A stretch of DNA of 64,000 nt, taken from positions 436,657 to 500,656 of the forward strand of contig NW_013657679.1 of the NCBI RefSeq assembly GCF_000142905.1, given 5' to 3'. Source of the stretch: Thecamonas trahens ATCC 50062. Its lineage: Eukaryota; Protista; Apusomonadida. Of this stretch, positions 1 to 10,028 are shown in pieces. The notes below the pieces were generated by a model, which worked only from the letters and a program-made list of their open reading frames with translations, was not told the DNA's origin and did not search any database. Both the position numbers and the translations under genes were made by a program. Position 1 is the stretch's first letter; every line of letters begins with the position of its first letter.

Positions 1-1345
1 AGCTCGAATGTGCAAGCTCGGACGAGAGCGACGAGAGGAGGTAAAAGTCGGAAGATGGCTCGATGATGGGCGAGGTCTGCCGAAGTACCGGCGTCAGCGG
101 CACTGACGGCACGCTTCGCTCCAGCACATACGGCGGCGGGCCGAGCGGGAGCGTTCGCGAAAACTCGGCTGCGAGCGCGGTGACTGGCGTGGCATCGAGC
201 CCGACGTGGGAGAGATGCGGCATCATCTCGGTGTCGACGCCGGTCATCCCGAGCGGGAGCGTAGTCATTGCGAGCGCAACCACAATTCGGATGGGCCCGC
301 CAATGACCAGCCAGTGCATGGCGCCAGCAAACGGCGGCGAGCTCTCCTCGGGCTCCTCGGCCGGAGCCAGGGGGACGGCCGTGACCGACGCAGGCTCTGC
401 GCCGACCATAATTTCGACGTCGAGCTCGCGCGGCAGTGGAAGCGGAAGTAGGAGCGGCGCACTCGGCGGCGTGGCGCAGGGCAGGAGCGACGAAAAGACG
501 TAGTACCGGATCGGAGGTGCAGGTGTGGCCGTCGCCGCGCTGGTCACCGGCGGGAGCACCGATGCCCGCATTCCGATCTCGAGACCGTCCGGCGCTTCAA
601 CGACCCGCGCCTGTAGCAGAACGGCACCCTCGTAGGCCTCGGCGCTCGCTGCCGACGAGGTGGACGACGACGACGACGACAGCGTCTTGCGCTGTGTACT
701 CGACGAGATCGACGATGCCGAGTCGGACGATGCGCTGGAAGTCGTCGAGAGCGGCGACGGTGATGCCGGCTCATCATCGACGTGGTCCGAGGCAGACCGT
801 GGCGAGAGTGCTGACGAGGTGATCGATCCGGTGTCGGACGAGTCGTCATGGCTTGCCGAGCTCCTTGGCTCAGCGTTGGTCTGGGTTTGGGTGGGGGGGG
901 GCTGGCTCGCAGCGGCAGGTGGAGGGAGGTTGGCACTGGAGGGCGGCGAGAGCGGCGAGAGCGGCGAGAGCGGCGAGAGCGGCGAGCATGGGCAGGAGGA
1001 CGTCAGCTCTGCCGACATGTCTTGCTGTGTAACAAGGTGGGTCGAGGTCTCTGGCGAGCACTGCGAGTCTACCTGGAGGACCAGGCCCGAGTACGCCCCA
1101 GTGGCTGGTCCAGGAAGCAGTGCCATGGCCTGTACTGTGTGTGTGTGTGTTTGTGTGTGATGGGCGGTATGGATGTGGATGGGTGGGTGGGTTGCGGTGG
1201 CAGCGGCGGAAGGTGGAGGGGAGGGGGGGGGGGGGAGGGGTGGTGGTGAGAGTGTTGGAGAGGGTGAGAGTGACCTCTCTGCCGGGTGCCGAGTGTCGGG
1301 TGGCTGGTCACCTGGCCACAAACCAATCGACACCAGCCATGCCAT
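1..1345 (-). CDS. Hypothetical Ser/Pro-rich protein, 3'-partial (runs off window). Proposed join 1312..1345 + <1..1134
   Basis: Minus frame is open from 1134 to the window edge (absent from the ORF track because there is no stop). A GTGACC...CACAG intron (1311-1135) gives the N-terminus MAWLVSIGLWPVQAMALLP; alternative ATG at 1126. Contains SPL x4 repeats. The + ORFs at 63 and 660 are its antisense shadows. Confidence 0.55.
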   Translation of the reverse strand, partial: MAWLVSIGLWPGDQPPDTRHPAERSLSPSPTLSPPPLPPPPSPPPSAAATATHPPIHIHTAHHTQTHTHTVQAMALLPGPATGAYSGLVLQVDSQCSPETSTHLVTQQDMSAELTSSCPCSPLSPLSPLSPLSPPSSANLPPPAAASQPPPTQTQTNAEPRSSASHDDSSDTGSITSSALSPRSASDHVDDEPASPSPLSTTSSASSDSASSISSSTQRKTLSSSSSSTSSAASAEAYEGAVLLQARVVEAPDGLEIGMRASVLPPVTSAATATPAPPIRYYVFSSLLPCATPPSAPLLLPLPLPRELDVEIMVGAEPASVTAVPLAPAEEPEESSPPFAGAMHWLVIGGPIRIVVALAMTTLPLGMTGVDTEMMPHLSHVGLDATPVTALAAEFSRTLPLGPPPYVLERSVPSVPLTPVLRQTSPIIEPSSDFYLLSSLSSELAHSS

Positions 1346-1853
1346 TTGCCATTTGGCTCTGCCACCCAAACTGCCGCAAATGACGGTACGTTCACCACTC
1401 TTCGCTCGTCCGCGCCAACCGACCCGCCACTCGCCCCCTCGCTACTATAATNNNNNNNNNNNNNNNNNNNNNNNNNNNNNNNNNNNNNNNNNNNNNNNNN
1501 NNNNNNNNNNNNNNNNNNNNNNNNNNNNNNNNNNNNNNNNNNNNNNNNNNNNNNNNNNNNNNNNNNNNNNNNNNNNNNNNNNNNNNNNNNNNNNNNNNNN
1601 NNNNNNNNNNNNNNNNNNNNNNNNNNNNNNNNNNNNNNNNNNNNNNNNNNNNNNNNNNNNNNNNNNNNNNNNNNNNNNNNNNNNNNNNNNNNNNNNNNNN
1701 NNNNNNNNNNNNNNNNNNNNNNNNNNNNNNNNNNNNNNNNNNNNNNNNNNNNNNNNNNNNNNNNNNNNNNNNNNNNNNNNNNNNNNNNNNNNNNNNNNNN
1801 NNNNNNNNNNNNATCATACCCCCCCTCCCCCCCCCCCCCCCCCCCCTCCCGAC

Positions 1854-4800
1854 ATGACCTCCCACCACGTCCGTGACATCGGGGTCATTCTACAAGAGGT
1901 GGAGCATGAGCTGGCCAGCCTCCGGGAGCAGCTGTCCACCAACGCCGATGACCCTGCGTTGCACTCGCTCGACGCGGTGCTGTCGCGAGCACAGGCAGAC
2001 TTGGCGTCCAAGGCCGAGCTGGTGCTGCAGGCGGCGACCCAACAGCCGACGGTCCTCCCGCTTGTTCCGCATAGAGCTGGGCCGCCGCTCTCGCACCGCC
2101 GCCCACAATCTGCCAGCGCCCGCCGGCCAGCTACCGCCACCCGCCGCCCGCGAACCCTCCCGCCGCTCACCGCGCCGCTTCCACTCGACGACCGCAAGCT
2201 GCAGGCGCGCCCGCCGAGGTCTGGCCCATCGTCGTCGCGTCGGCCGCCGCGAAAGCGCCCGAGCTCGGCGCGACCGAGGCCGACAACTGGCCGGGCCCGC
2301 CTCCGCGATGGCCCGCCGCGGGCCGACAACTCACAGGTGCTTGGGGCACTCAAGCCGGTGGCCCAGTCCAAGCTCCACCTCCATGACCCGGCCGAGAAGC
2401 ACGTCCGGCGACCGGTCCTTCTTGATGCGCTCGGCTTCAACCGGTTTGCTCTGCGCCTGGATCTGGAGACCCAAGCCGGGCCCAAGTACGTCCCGCCGCC
2501 GTCGGCCAAGCCATCGTCGATGCGGACGCCGGCGGACAACATCGTCCTCGCCGAGAGTGCGGCCGCCGAAGCAGCATCGTCTGCCAGTCGAGGCTCGGCT
2601 CGGCAGGCTCCGCTTCAGGTTGCGTCGGTGCTGCAGGGCCTTGACGAGGCGGGCAATGGCGATCCCGAGTGGGCGCGCGACCCGTCCAACGCTGCGGCAA
2701 ACGAGATCCGCAAGTTTGCCGAGCTCATGGATGAGTACTCATTGCACCAAGTGCTTATTCGCAACGGGCGCATTCTGACGACCACACCCGAGTTTGCCTC
2801 GTTTGAGCGGAGCTTCGCCCACGAATGGGGCGGCATCCGGGCGCTTCTCCTCCGGCTCGAGGCTCTCTGCGCCAGGTTCTGTGTCAAGCTTGCCATCATC
2901 GACGGCAAGGGCGTCGCCGAGCTTGCCATGGTCTCCAAGGCCGGCATCGACATCGACAACGAGCGCCTGCTCGAGACGATTGTCAACGCCGAAGACGTGC
3001 TTGACTTGTTTAAGCTGCCCGGCCGGCGGTTTGCTGGAGCAAACGGCGTTGCTGCCGCCGCCACCGCCATCCAGGCTGCCTTTCGCATGTGGCGGACGCG
3101 CCGACAGTACGTCCTATTCAAGGCCTTTCTCACGTCTGTGGTACGGATCCAGCGGGTGTGGCGGTCGCGACTCGAGCACATGCACACGCGCGAGCGCATC
3201 GCCAAGGCGCGTGCTGATCGCGAGGCTGCGTACGAGGTGATCCAGACCCAGTTCTCGGTTGATTGGCCGCATATTCGCTCCTCGCCGCGGACGGTGGTGC
3301 ACTTGCCATCGCTTGCGCTTGCCCGCGACGCCCGCGACGCCCTGCCGATCGACTTGGAGACCGCCCAAAACTCGCAGATGGCTCGGGTGCTCGATCTCAT
3401 GGAGGACGGCGTTAACGTCATCTATGTAGCGCCATTTTCCATTCCGGACGACCTTCGCGACTACTACGTGCAAATGCTCGAGCTCCGCGGTGTCCGCGGC
3501 ATTGCCAAGCGGCTCAAGTTTGTGGTTCCGGAAGCTGTCGACAAGCTCCCATCGTGGGTTCCACTCTCGCTTGCGCTGCGATCCTCGCCCAAAGCGCTGC
3601 GGCGGATCCGCAACTTTATTGCCGGTCGCGCGGCGTACATTGTGCCAAGCGCAGCGTGCGACGACGACATGCACCTTGCGGTCACGCTCGGCATTCCGCT
3701 CCTGGGCGCTACGCCGGCGCTCCGCGCCAAGTACGGGACCAAGTCAGGTGCGCAGCGGTTGTTTCACTCGACTGGACTCACGGCCGCGCCGTGCCGCGGC
3801 GATCTGTACACGCCCGCACAGGTCGAGGACGCACTCACCGAGCTCATCGCCGCCTTTGTTCACGTTCGACAGTGGCTGTTCAAGACCAACCACGGAATGG
3901 GCGGCCGCGGGCACGCGCTCTTCTGCACAGACACGCTACCATGCTACCCGCTCCTCCTCGCTGAGCGCGCCAAGTATGGCGACGGCTGGTTTGCCGAGTT
4001 CCACCAGGTCACCGTCCGCAAGCGGGTCCGGGCCGAGCTCCGCGAAGCGCTCGAGGCGACCATCCAGGTCATGGCACCGGCTGTGTACATGCGTGGGAGC
4101 AGCACGACTTCGCCGTGGCATGCATACCTTGCGGCGTTTTGCTCGGCCGACGCCGGCGGGCTCATCGAGGCCGTGCCCGAGCGCATGCTCGCCTCGCCGT
4201 CGATCTCGATTCTCATCGAGCCGGACGGCAAGACAAGGCTTCTTGCGGCCCACGACCAGATCCTCACCGGCTCGTACGCGGTGGCTGGCGGCGTGTACCC
4301 ACAGACCTCGGTCGTGGCCGATCAGCTTGTCCAAGTTGCCGAGGTTATCGGCTCGGCGGCGTTTCAGCTCTCGGTCATGGGCCACGTCAAGGTTGATTTT
4401 GTGGTTTTTGACGCTGCGGCTCAAGAGGCGGCAGCCGCGGGCGCTCGTCCGGCGGAAACGCCGGGCAAGCGCGACGGCAGCTCGCGCGCTTCATCTGCAG
4501 CCTCGGCCATTTCGGCCGTCGGCGGGAGTAGCATCGGCGGCGCGCCTCAGCAAGTTGGCATTTGGGCTATTGACCTCTCGCTAGGCTACTCGGACGCACT
4601 GTGCGTGGTGAGTATGGCGCGGGCCATGACTGCCGGCTACCTCTCGACCACGACCGGCAAGTTTATGGTCCGCACAAAGCGGCCCGACAAGAAGCGGGTT
4701 ATCAAGTCTGCGCGGACCGTGGTCTGGCTCGACCACTTGGTGCATCCCGAGCTCGCGACGATGAACTACGCCGTGCTCTTTGGCGTTTGCCGCGAGCTCG

Positions 4801-5042
4801 GCGTTGCCTGGTCGCCGTCGGAAATGGCCGGCCTCGTCTTGGTACTCAAGGACTCGTGGACCAAGGGTTTGATGGGCTTGATCTCGGTCGGCAACTCGGT
4901 CGGCGACGCGCTGGGCATCCTGCACATGGCTGTTCGCCAGCTCTTTGCCCATCTCATGACCGAGGCCTCTGGCGGGCGCGGACGGACGGGCGAGGGCAAC
5001 TTTGGTGTCATCCTGGGCTTGCTCAAAAGCTTGGCAGTGTAG
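1854..5042 (+). CDS. IQCH: IQ motif-containing protein H (IQCH)-like, with IQ motifs and an ATP-grasp-like C-terminal region
   Basis: Family-typical block MDEYSLHQVLIRNGRILTTTPEFASF; IQ motifs AATAIQAAFRMW and VVRIQRVWR. The true start could lie in the preceding N-gap. Confidence 0.75.
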   Translation: MTSHHVRDIGVILQEVEHELASLREQLSTNADDPALHSLDAVLSRAQADLASKAELVLQAATQQPTVLPLVPHRAGPPLSHRRPQSASARRPATATRRPRTLPPLTAPLPLDDRKLQARPPRSGPSSSRRPPRKRPSSARPRPTTGRARLRDGPPRADNSQVLGALKPVAQSKLHLHDPAEKHVRRPVLLDALGFNRFALRLDLETQAGPKYVPPPSAKPSSMRTPADNIVLAESAAAEAASSASRGSARQAPLQVASVLQGLDEAGNGDPEWARDPSNAAANEIRKFAELMDEYSLHQVLIRNGRILTTTPEFASFERSFAHEWGGIRALLLRLEALCARFCVKLAIIDGKGVAELAMVSKAGIDIDNERLLETIVNAEDVLDLFKLPGRRFAGANGVAAAATAIQAAFRMWRTRRQYVLFKAFLTSVVRIQRVWRSRLEHMHTRERIAKARADREAAYEVIQTQFSVDWPHIRSSPRTVVHLPSLALARDARDALPIDLETAQNSQMARVLDLMEDGVNVIYVAPFSIPDDLRDYYVQMLELRGVRGIAKRLKFVVPEAVDKLPSWVPLSLALRSSPKALRRIRNFIAGRAAYIVPSAACDDDMHLAVTLGIPLLGATPALRAKYGTKSGAQRLFHSTGLTAAPCRGDLYTPAQVEDALTELIAAFVHVRQWLFKTNHGMGGRGHALFCTDTLPCYPLLLAERAKYGDGWFAEFHQVTVRKRVRAELREALEATIQVMAPAVYMRGSSTTSPWHAYLAAFCSADAGGLIEAVPERMLASPSISILIEPDGKTRLLAAHDQILTGSYAVAGGVYPQTSVVADQLVQVAEVIGSAAFQLSVMGHVKVDFVVFDAAAQEAAAAGARPAETPGKRDGSSRASSAASAISAVGGSSIGGAPQQVGIWAIDLSLGYSDALCVVSMARAMTAGYLSTTTGKFMVRTKRPDKKRVIKSARTVVWLDHLVHPELATMNYAVLFGVCRELGVAWSPSEMAGLVLVLKDSWTKGLMGLISVGNSVGDALGILHMAVRQLFAHLMTEASGGRGRTGEGNFGVILGLLKSLAV

Positions 5043-5279
5043 CGGAAAGGAGACTGTGTCCTTTGAACGCACGTGGCACATTCTCGTAAACACATTCTGG
5101 CTGGCTTTGCTCCCTCCCCACACGCTCGGCGTTGATCGACAAGCGTGCAGACTCGCCGCGCATCGCGCCGCGGACGGAGGGCTAGTTCTGCATCGCGTCG
5201 AGCCGACTGCGGCACCCGCCAAGGAGCCCAGCGTTCCGTGCGAGATGGATGTTACAGTGCTGTGGCAGAATGGCGTGCA

Positions 5280-8200
5280 CTACATGTACGCCGCGTCTGC
5301 CGATCGCGGCTCGTCGTACTCGTAGTCGTCAAAGATGATGTCATCGTCATCGTAGCCCTCGCCCGGCTCGGCCCAGTTTCCGGCGGCAGCCGAGTACGAG
5401 TAGTCGTCAACAAGGCGGGTCGAGTCGAGATCGGCACCGCCGGCTGAGGCGCGGACGTGGCGGACTTCGAGGACCTCGGTCTTGTGCGGGGTCTGGTGCG
5501 GGTCAACGGCGACCTGGTGGCGGTCGACGGCAACGGGCATGGGCTGCCGCGACGAGCGCATGTAGATGATGCAAAGGATGAGGAAGAGGAGTACTAGGAG
5601 GAGGAGGAGGAGCGAGACGCCGAGGAAGAGCGGGCCAGCCCACTCCCACGACGACTGGTCTTTGGCCACGGTTGCCGACCGCAGCGCGGCCGGCACCTCG
5701 TTCTCGACGTCGTTGGGGCCGCGGATGTAGACCGCGATGCGCGACGAGGTGTCGACGGTCGGACCGCCGGTCGGGTTGGCGAGCTGGATGTAGAAGACCT
5801 CGGGCACTTCGTACAGCGTATCGTCAATGATGTTGATGTGGAACGAGGCAGCCGAGTCGTCGAGATCTGTCCAGTTGAGCGCGTAGCGGGCGGTGCCGCC
5901 GCCGTTGGCGGCAATGTCGGAACCGATGAGAGCCGTGCCGTTGAGGACGATGGCCTCGACCGAGACAAAGCCGTCGGCTCCGTTGCGGCGCTCGACCTTG
6001 ACCTCGAGCGAGCCGGCGTCCTCGTCGACGGCGAGGACAGCGCACGGGACGACAAGCTCGCCCGGGGTGCGGTCGACGTCGTCAAAGACAAAGACGGTGG
6101 CGGTAGAGAGGGAGGGCGAGAGGGAGGCGCCCCCAGTGGGCGGCGCGAGTGAGACTGCAAACGACTCGATGCGCTCGTAGACGGCATCGTCGTAGATGGG
6201 GATGCGGAGGGTCACCTGGGTGACGGTGTCCGGGAGGACGAGCGTCCCGTTGGCGGCACGGTAGTCGACATCGGGCGTGGCAGTGCCCGGCGTGATCGAG
6301 TAGCTGACGGTGACGAGGCCGTCCGAGCCGCCAGTGCGCTGGACGGTGAGCAGCGCCTCGCCCGACTCTTCGATGACCGAGTACGAGGTTGCCGAGAATT
6401 GGAGCATTCCGGCGACAAAGTCGTTGGGCCCGGTGATGAGGACTGCGGCGGTGGCCGGCGAGCCGAGGGTAGCGCCGCCGGTCGGGTTGGAGAGGACTGC
6501 GGTGAACGACTCGTCAAAGACCTCATAGATCGAGTCGTCGACGATGGAGCCGGTCACCAGCTTGGATCCGCTCTCGCCTGACGCCCACACAAGCGAGCCC
6601 GAGGCGAGCGAGTAGTCGACGCCGGCGGTGGCCGAGCCTGCGAGAGACGAAAAGTCGACGGTCACAAGGCCATCTGTTCCATTGATCCGGGTCACCTCGA
6701 GCGCAAAGGTGCCGACCGACTCGTCGAACCGGTAGAGCGCGGAAGCAAACTGGATGGTTCCGGCGATGCGGTCTGACTCCTCGATGAAGACGTTGACCGA
6801 GGCAAGACCGAGGCTGCCACCGCCGACGTAGTTGGAGAGGACGACCCGGAACAGTTCTTGAGTCTCGAAAACAGTGTCGTCGATGAGCTGGACAACAATG
6901 GTCCGGACGGTAGCATCTTGGTCGGCCCACGAGAGCACGCCCGAAGACATGATAAAGTCCGAGCCATTGACGGCCGATTCGGCGACCATAGCGTAGGCGA
7001 CCTGCGCCGGGCCGTCGTCGCCGCCCTCGCGGCGGACGTTGACAGAGACAGAGCCATCCTCCTCAAAGACGGCGAGCGAGGCGGCCTCAAAGCCCACGGT
7101 GCCACCAACCTGGTCGTTGGGCCCAATGATGGTGACGGTTGCGTTGTCGTGCTCGCCGAGCGTGACTCCCGACGGCGAGTGGAGGAGGACAAGGAACGAC
7201 TCGGGACCCTCAAAGATGGTGTCGTCGAGAATGGTGATAGAAATGTTCTTGGGCTTCGCATCGCCGTTGGGCCAAGTGAGGGTGCCGGACGAGTCGAGAA
7301 AGTCTTGCGAGGTCGAGGCGGTGCCGGCGAGGACCGAGAACGAGACCGAGACCGGCGAGTTGAAGCCGTCGAGGCGATGAACCTGGAGGACGACGGTGCC
7401 AATGGACTCGACGACCGAGGTCTGACAGACACTGCACGCCGCTCCGTTGGCCTCAAACGCTACGTACCCAGGGCGCAGGTCATTCCCAGCTATGGAGATG
7501 GTGGCGGTCGAGGCGCCGAGGCTGGCGCCGCCCTGGACGTCGAAAAGCTGGAAAGTGAACGACTCGAGGTTCTCAAATTCGGCATCGTCGTTGATGATGA
7601 GGAAGATGGAGCGAGTCGTGTTGTCCTTGTCGGCCCAAGTGAGGGTTCCCGAGGTGTGCAAAAAGTCACCGCCGGTGGTGCCGCCGACAGCGCTCCCATC
7701 AATGGTAGAGTACTGGACCGAGACGGCGCCGTCGGCGACGGGCGAGGTGCGGGAAACCTGGATCTGGATGGCGCCGACGTCCTCCTGGACCGAGAACAGA
7801 GTCTTGGGCAGGCTGATGACCCCGCCCTCCTGGTCGGAGCGGGCGATGGTGACAGTGGCGGTATCGTTGTTGACGTCCAGCTCGACGCCGCCGGTCGGGT
7901 CCGAGGCGTGGATGGTGAAAATCTCGTTTGGCTCAAAGACGGCGTCGTCGAGGAGCGAAACAACAAAGCCCTTGGGCCCAAACTCGCCGTTGGCCCACGA
8001 GATGACGCCAGTCTTGGCGACGTAGTCGGAGCCCGCGAGCGCCTCAAAGTCTGCGGTCTGGACCGAGACCGAGACCGGGCCATCCTTGCCGTTGACTCGA
8101 GTGAGGATGGCAGTGATGGAGCCGGCTGACTCGGCGATGGTGTAGGTGGTGGGCGAGAAGGCGATGGCGCCGGCCTCCTGGTCGGACGGGCCCTGGATGA

Positions 8201-9272
8201 CGACCGAGAACGACGACTTGGTGGCGTCGATGGAAACGCCACCGGCGGCGTTCTGCAGGCGGATGGTGAACTCTTCGTCGTTCATCTCAAAGTCGGAGTC
8301 GTCGATGATGTTGATGCTGATGGGCTTGGCCGACGAGTCGCCCGAGGCCCAGCTGAGGGTGCCCGGCGTGACGGTGTAGTCGAGGCCGGCAGTGGTGGTA
8401 ACGTCAACAGGCACAAAGTCGACGGTGACGAGACCGTCAGAGCCGCCAGTCCGCTCGACGTAGACAGTGATGAGGCCGACGTTCTCGGCCACCACGGTCG
8501 ACGCGGTCTGGAAGCCGACCGAGCCGGCGACCTGGTCCGACTTGGCGATGGTCACGAGGGCCTGTTTGGTGCCGACCAGCGCGCCGCCCTGAAAGTTGGA
8601 GAGCGAGATGCGGAACGACTCAGCCGGCTCGAAAACGGCGTCGTCGACAATGGGCACGGCGATGGCCTTGCCGCCAGACTCGCCGTGCGCCCACGAGAGC
8701 ACGCCCGAAGCTGCAGTAAAGTCCGACGGCGCAGTAGCGGTTCCGGCGAGGGTCTCGTAGGTGACCGAGACCGGGCCATCCGAGCCGCCGGTCCGCAGGA
8801 CGAGCGCCGAGAGCGTATTGCCCTCGACGACAGCGTATGACGAAAACTCGAGGCCGAGGGTGCCGGCGACCTGGTCCGAGGTGTCGATGGTCACGGTGGC
8901 GACGTTGGGCGCGTCAAGCACCACACCGCCGGTCGGGTTGGAGAGCGCAAGCGTAAAGGTCTCCTGGCCCTCAAAGACGGCGTCCTGGATGATGCCTACG
9001 TTGATGGTCTTGAACCCGCCCTCGCCGTTGGCCCACGACAGTGTGCCCGAGGTAGCGTAGTAGTCAGCGCCAGCCGTCGCACTTCCGTCGGTGGTGGTAT
9101 AGTCGATCGAGACGACACCCGTCGAGCCGCCGAGCCGGATGACCTTAATGGCTGCGTTGGCCACGTCTTCGCTCACCGTCTGCGTCTCCGGGTCGAGCAG
9201 GACCCGTCCGGCCTGACCTGCCGCGGCAACGGCAAGCGCCGCCAGCACCACCATCAGCAAGTGGGTGCGCAT
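5280..9272 (-). CDS. Type I membrane protein with ~10 tandem Calx-beta domains
   Basis: Signal peptide MRTHLLMVVLAALAVAAAG; ten ~120-aa repeats (V.R.GG.DG.VSV.Y....TA.AG.DY....GTL.W......K.I.V.I.DD..FE..E.F.V.L); TM helix LFLGVSLLLLLLVLLFLILCIIY; acidic, Tyr-rich tail. Confidence 0.9.
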   Translation of the reverse strand: MRTHLLMVVLAALAVAAAGQAGRVLLDPETQTVSEDVANAAIKVIRLGGSTGVVSIDYTTTDGSATAGADYYATSGTLSWANGEGGFKTINVGIIQDAVFEGQETFTLALSNPTGGVVLDAPNVATVTIDTSDQVAGTLGLEFSSYAVVEGNTLSALVLRTGGSDGPVSVTYETLAGTATAPSDFTAASGVLSWAHGESGGKAIAVPIVDDAVFEPAESFRISLSNFQGGALVGTKQALVTIAKSDQVAGSVGFQTASTVVAENVGLITVYVERTGGSDGLVTVDFVPVDVTTTAGLDYTVTPGTLSWASGDSSAKPISINIIDDSDFEMNDEEFTIRLQNAAGGVSIDATKSSFSVVIQGPSDQEAGAIAFSPTTYTIAESAGSITAILTRVNGKDGPVSVSVQTADFEALAGSDYVAKTGVISWANGEFGPKGFVVSLLDDAVFEPNEIFTIHASDPTGGVELDVNNDTATVTIARSDQEGGVISLPKTLFSVQEDVGAIQIQVSRTSPVADGAVSVQYSTIDGSAVGGTTGGDFLHTSGTLTWADKDNTTRSIFLIINDDAEFENLESFTFQLFDVQGGASLGASTATISIAGNDLRPGYVAFEANGAACSVCQTSVVESIGTVVLQVHRLDGFNSPVSVSFSVLAGTASTSQDFLDSSGTLTWPNGDAKPKNISITILDDTIFEGPESFLVLLHSPSGVTLGEHDNATVTIIGPNDQVGGTVGFEAASLAVFEEDGSVSVNVRREGGDDGPAQVAYAMVAESAVNGSDFIMSSGVLSWADQDATVRTIVVQLIDDTVFETQELFRVVLSNYVGGGSLGLASVNVFIEESDRIAGTIQFASALYRFDESVGTFALEVTRINGTDGLVTVDFSSLAGSATAGVDYSLASGSLVWASGESGSKLVTGSIVDDSIYEVFDESFTAVLSNPTGGATLGSPATAAVLITGPNDFVAGMLQFSATSYSVIEESGEALLTVQRTGGSDGLVTVSYSITPGTATPDVDYRAANGTLVLPDTVTQVTLRIPIYDDAVYERIESFAVSLAPPTGGASLSPSLSTATVFVFDDVDRTPGELVVPCAVLAVDEDAGSLEVKVERRNGADGFVSVEAIVLNGTALIGSDIAANGGGTARYALNWTDLDDSAASFHINIIDDTLYEVPEVFYIQLANPTGGPTVDTSSRIAVYIRGPNDVENEVPAALRSATVAKDQSSWEWAGPLFLGVSLLLLLLVLLFLILCIIYMRSSRQPMPVAVDRHQVAVDPHQTPHKTEVLEVRHVRASAGGADLDSTRLVDDYSYSAAAGNWAEPGEGYDDDDIIFDDYEYDEPRSADAAYM

Positions 9273-10028
9273 GGTGTAGCGAGCGTATGAGCGAGAGAGA
9301 AAGTCTTCCAAGGTACACCCCTTGAGCTGTGTGAACGGTACGGAGAGGGGAGCGAAGAAGACGAGCGGTGAGGAGAGATGGAGAGAGAGAGACGGTGGTG
9401 GCCTCCACAAAGTGAAGAACGTCCGATGGTGATGGCGGGCTCGCCGATGACCTGGCGCCCCCAGGGAGGAGCGGCGGCAGCAACAAAATTTTGTACAATG
9501 ACAGCCGAGGCCATTGGGGTTTTGGTTTTGGCGGGCTCTTCTTGTTGGTGACGGTCGGCGGACAGGCGGGAGAACTGGGCGGGCCCGCACGGTGACCGGC
9601 CCTTGCCCCGAAAGGGAACGGAGANNNNNNNNNNNNNNNNNNNNNNNNNNNNNNNNNNNNNNNNNNNNNNNNNNNNNNNNNNNNNNNNNNNNNNNNNNNN
9701 NNNNNNNNNNNNNNNNNNNNNNNNNNNNNNNNNNNNNNNNNNNNNNNNNNNNNNNNNNNNNNNNNNNNNNNNNNNNNNNNNNNNNNNNNNNNNNNNNNNN
9801 NNNNNNNNNNNNNNNNNNNNNNNNNNNNNNNNNNNNNNNNNNNNNNNNNNNNNNNNNNNNNNNNNNNNNNNNNNNNNNNNNNNNNNNNNNNNNNNNNNNN
9901 NNNNNNNNNNNNNNNNNNTGAACCGTACCTTCCTCCCTCTTCCCCCCCCTCCCCCCCCCCCCCCCCTCTCCTTCTCCCTGTATCCGTACCGTTCTCGGTT
10001 ACAGCTCTCGTCTTTGTCTCTCCTAGCC

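Noticed and set aside
1173-1853. N-terminal extensions of ORFs through N-gaps (also 9603..10028)
   Set aside because: Artefacts of translating Ns.
5280-9272. Bacterial origin or contamination of the Calx-beta gene
   Set aside because: Codon style matches neighbours, topology is eukaryotic type I, and it is flanked by eukaryote-specific genes; transfer cannot be shown without a phylogeny.
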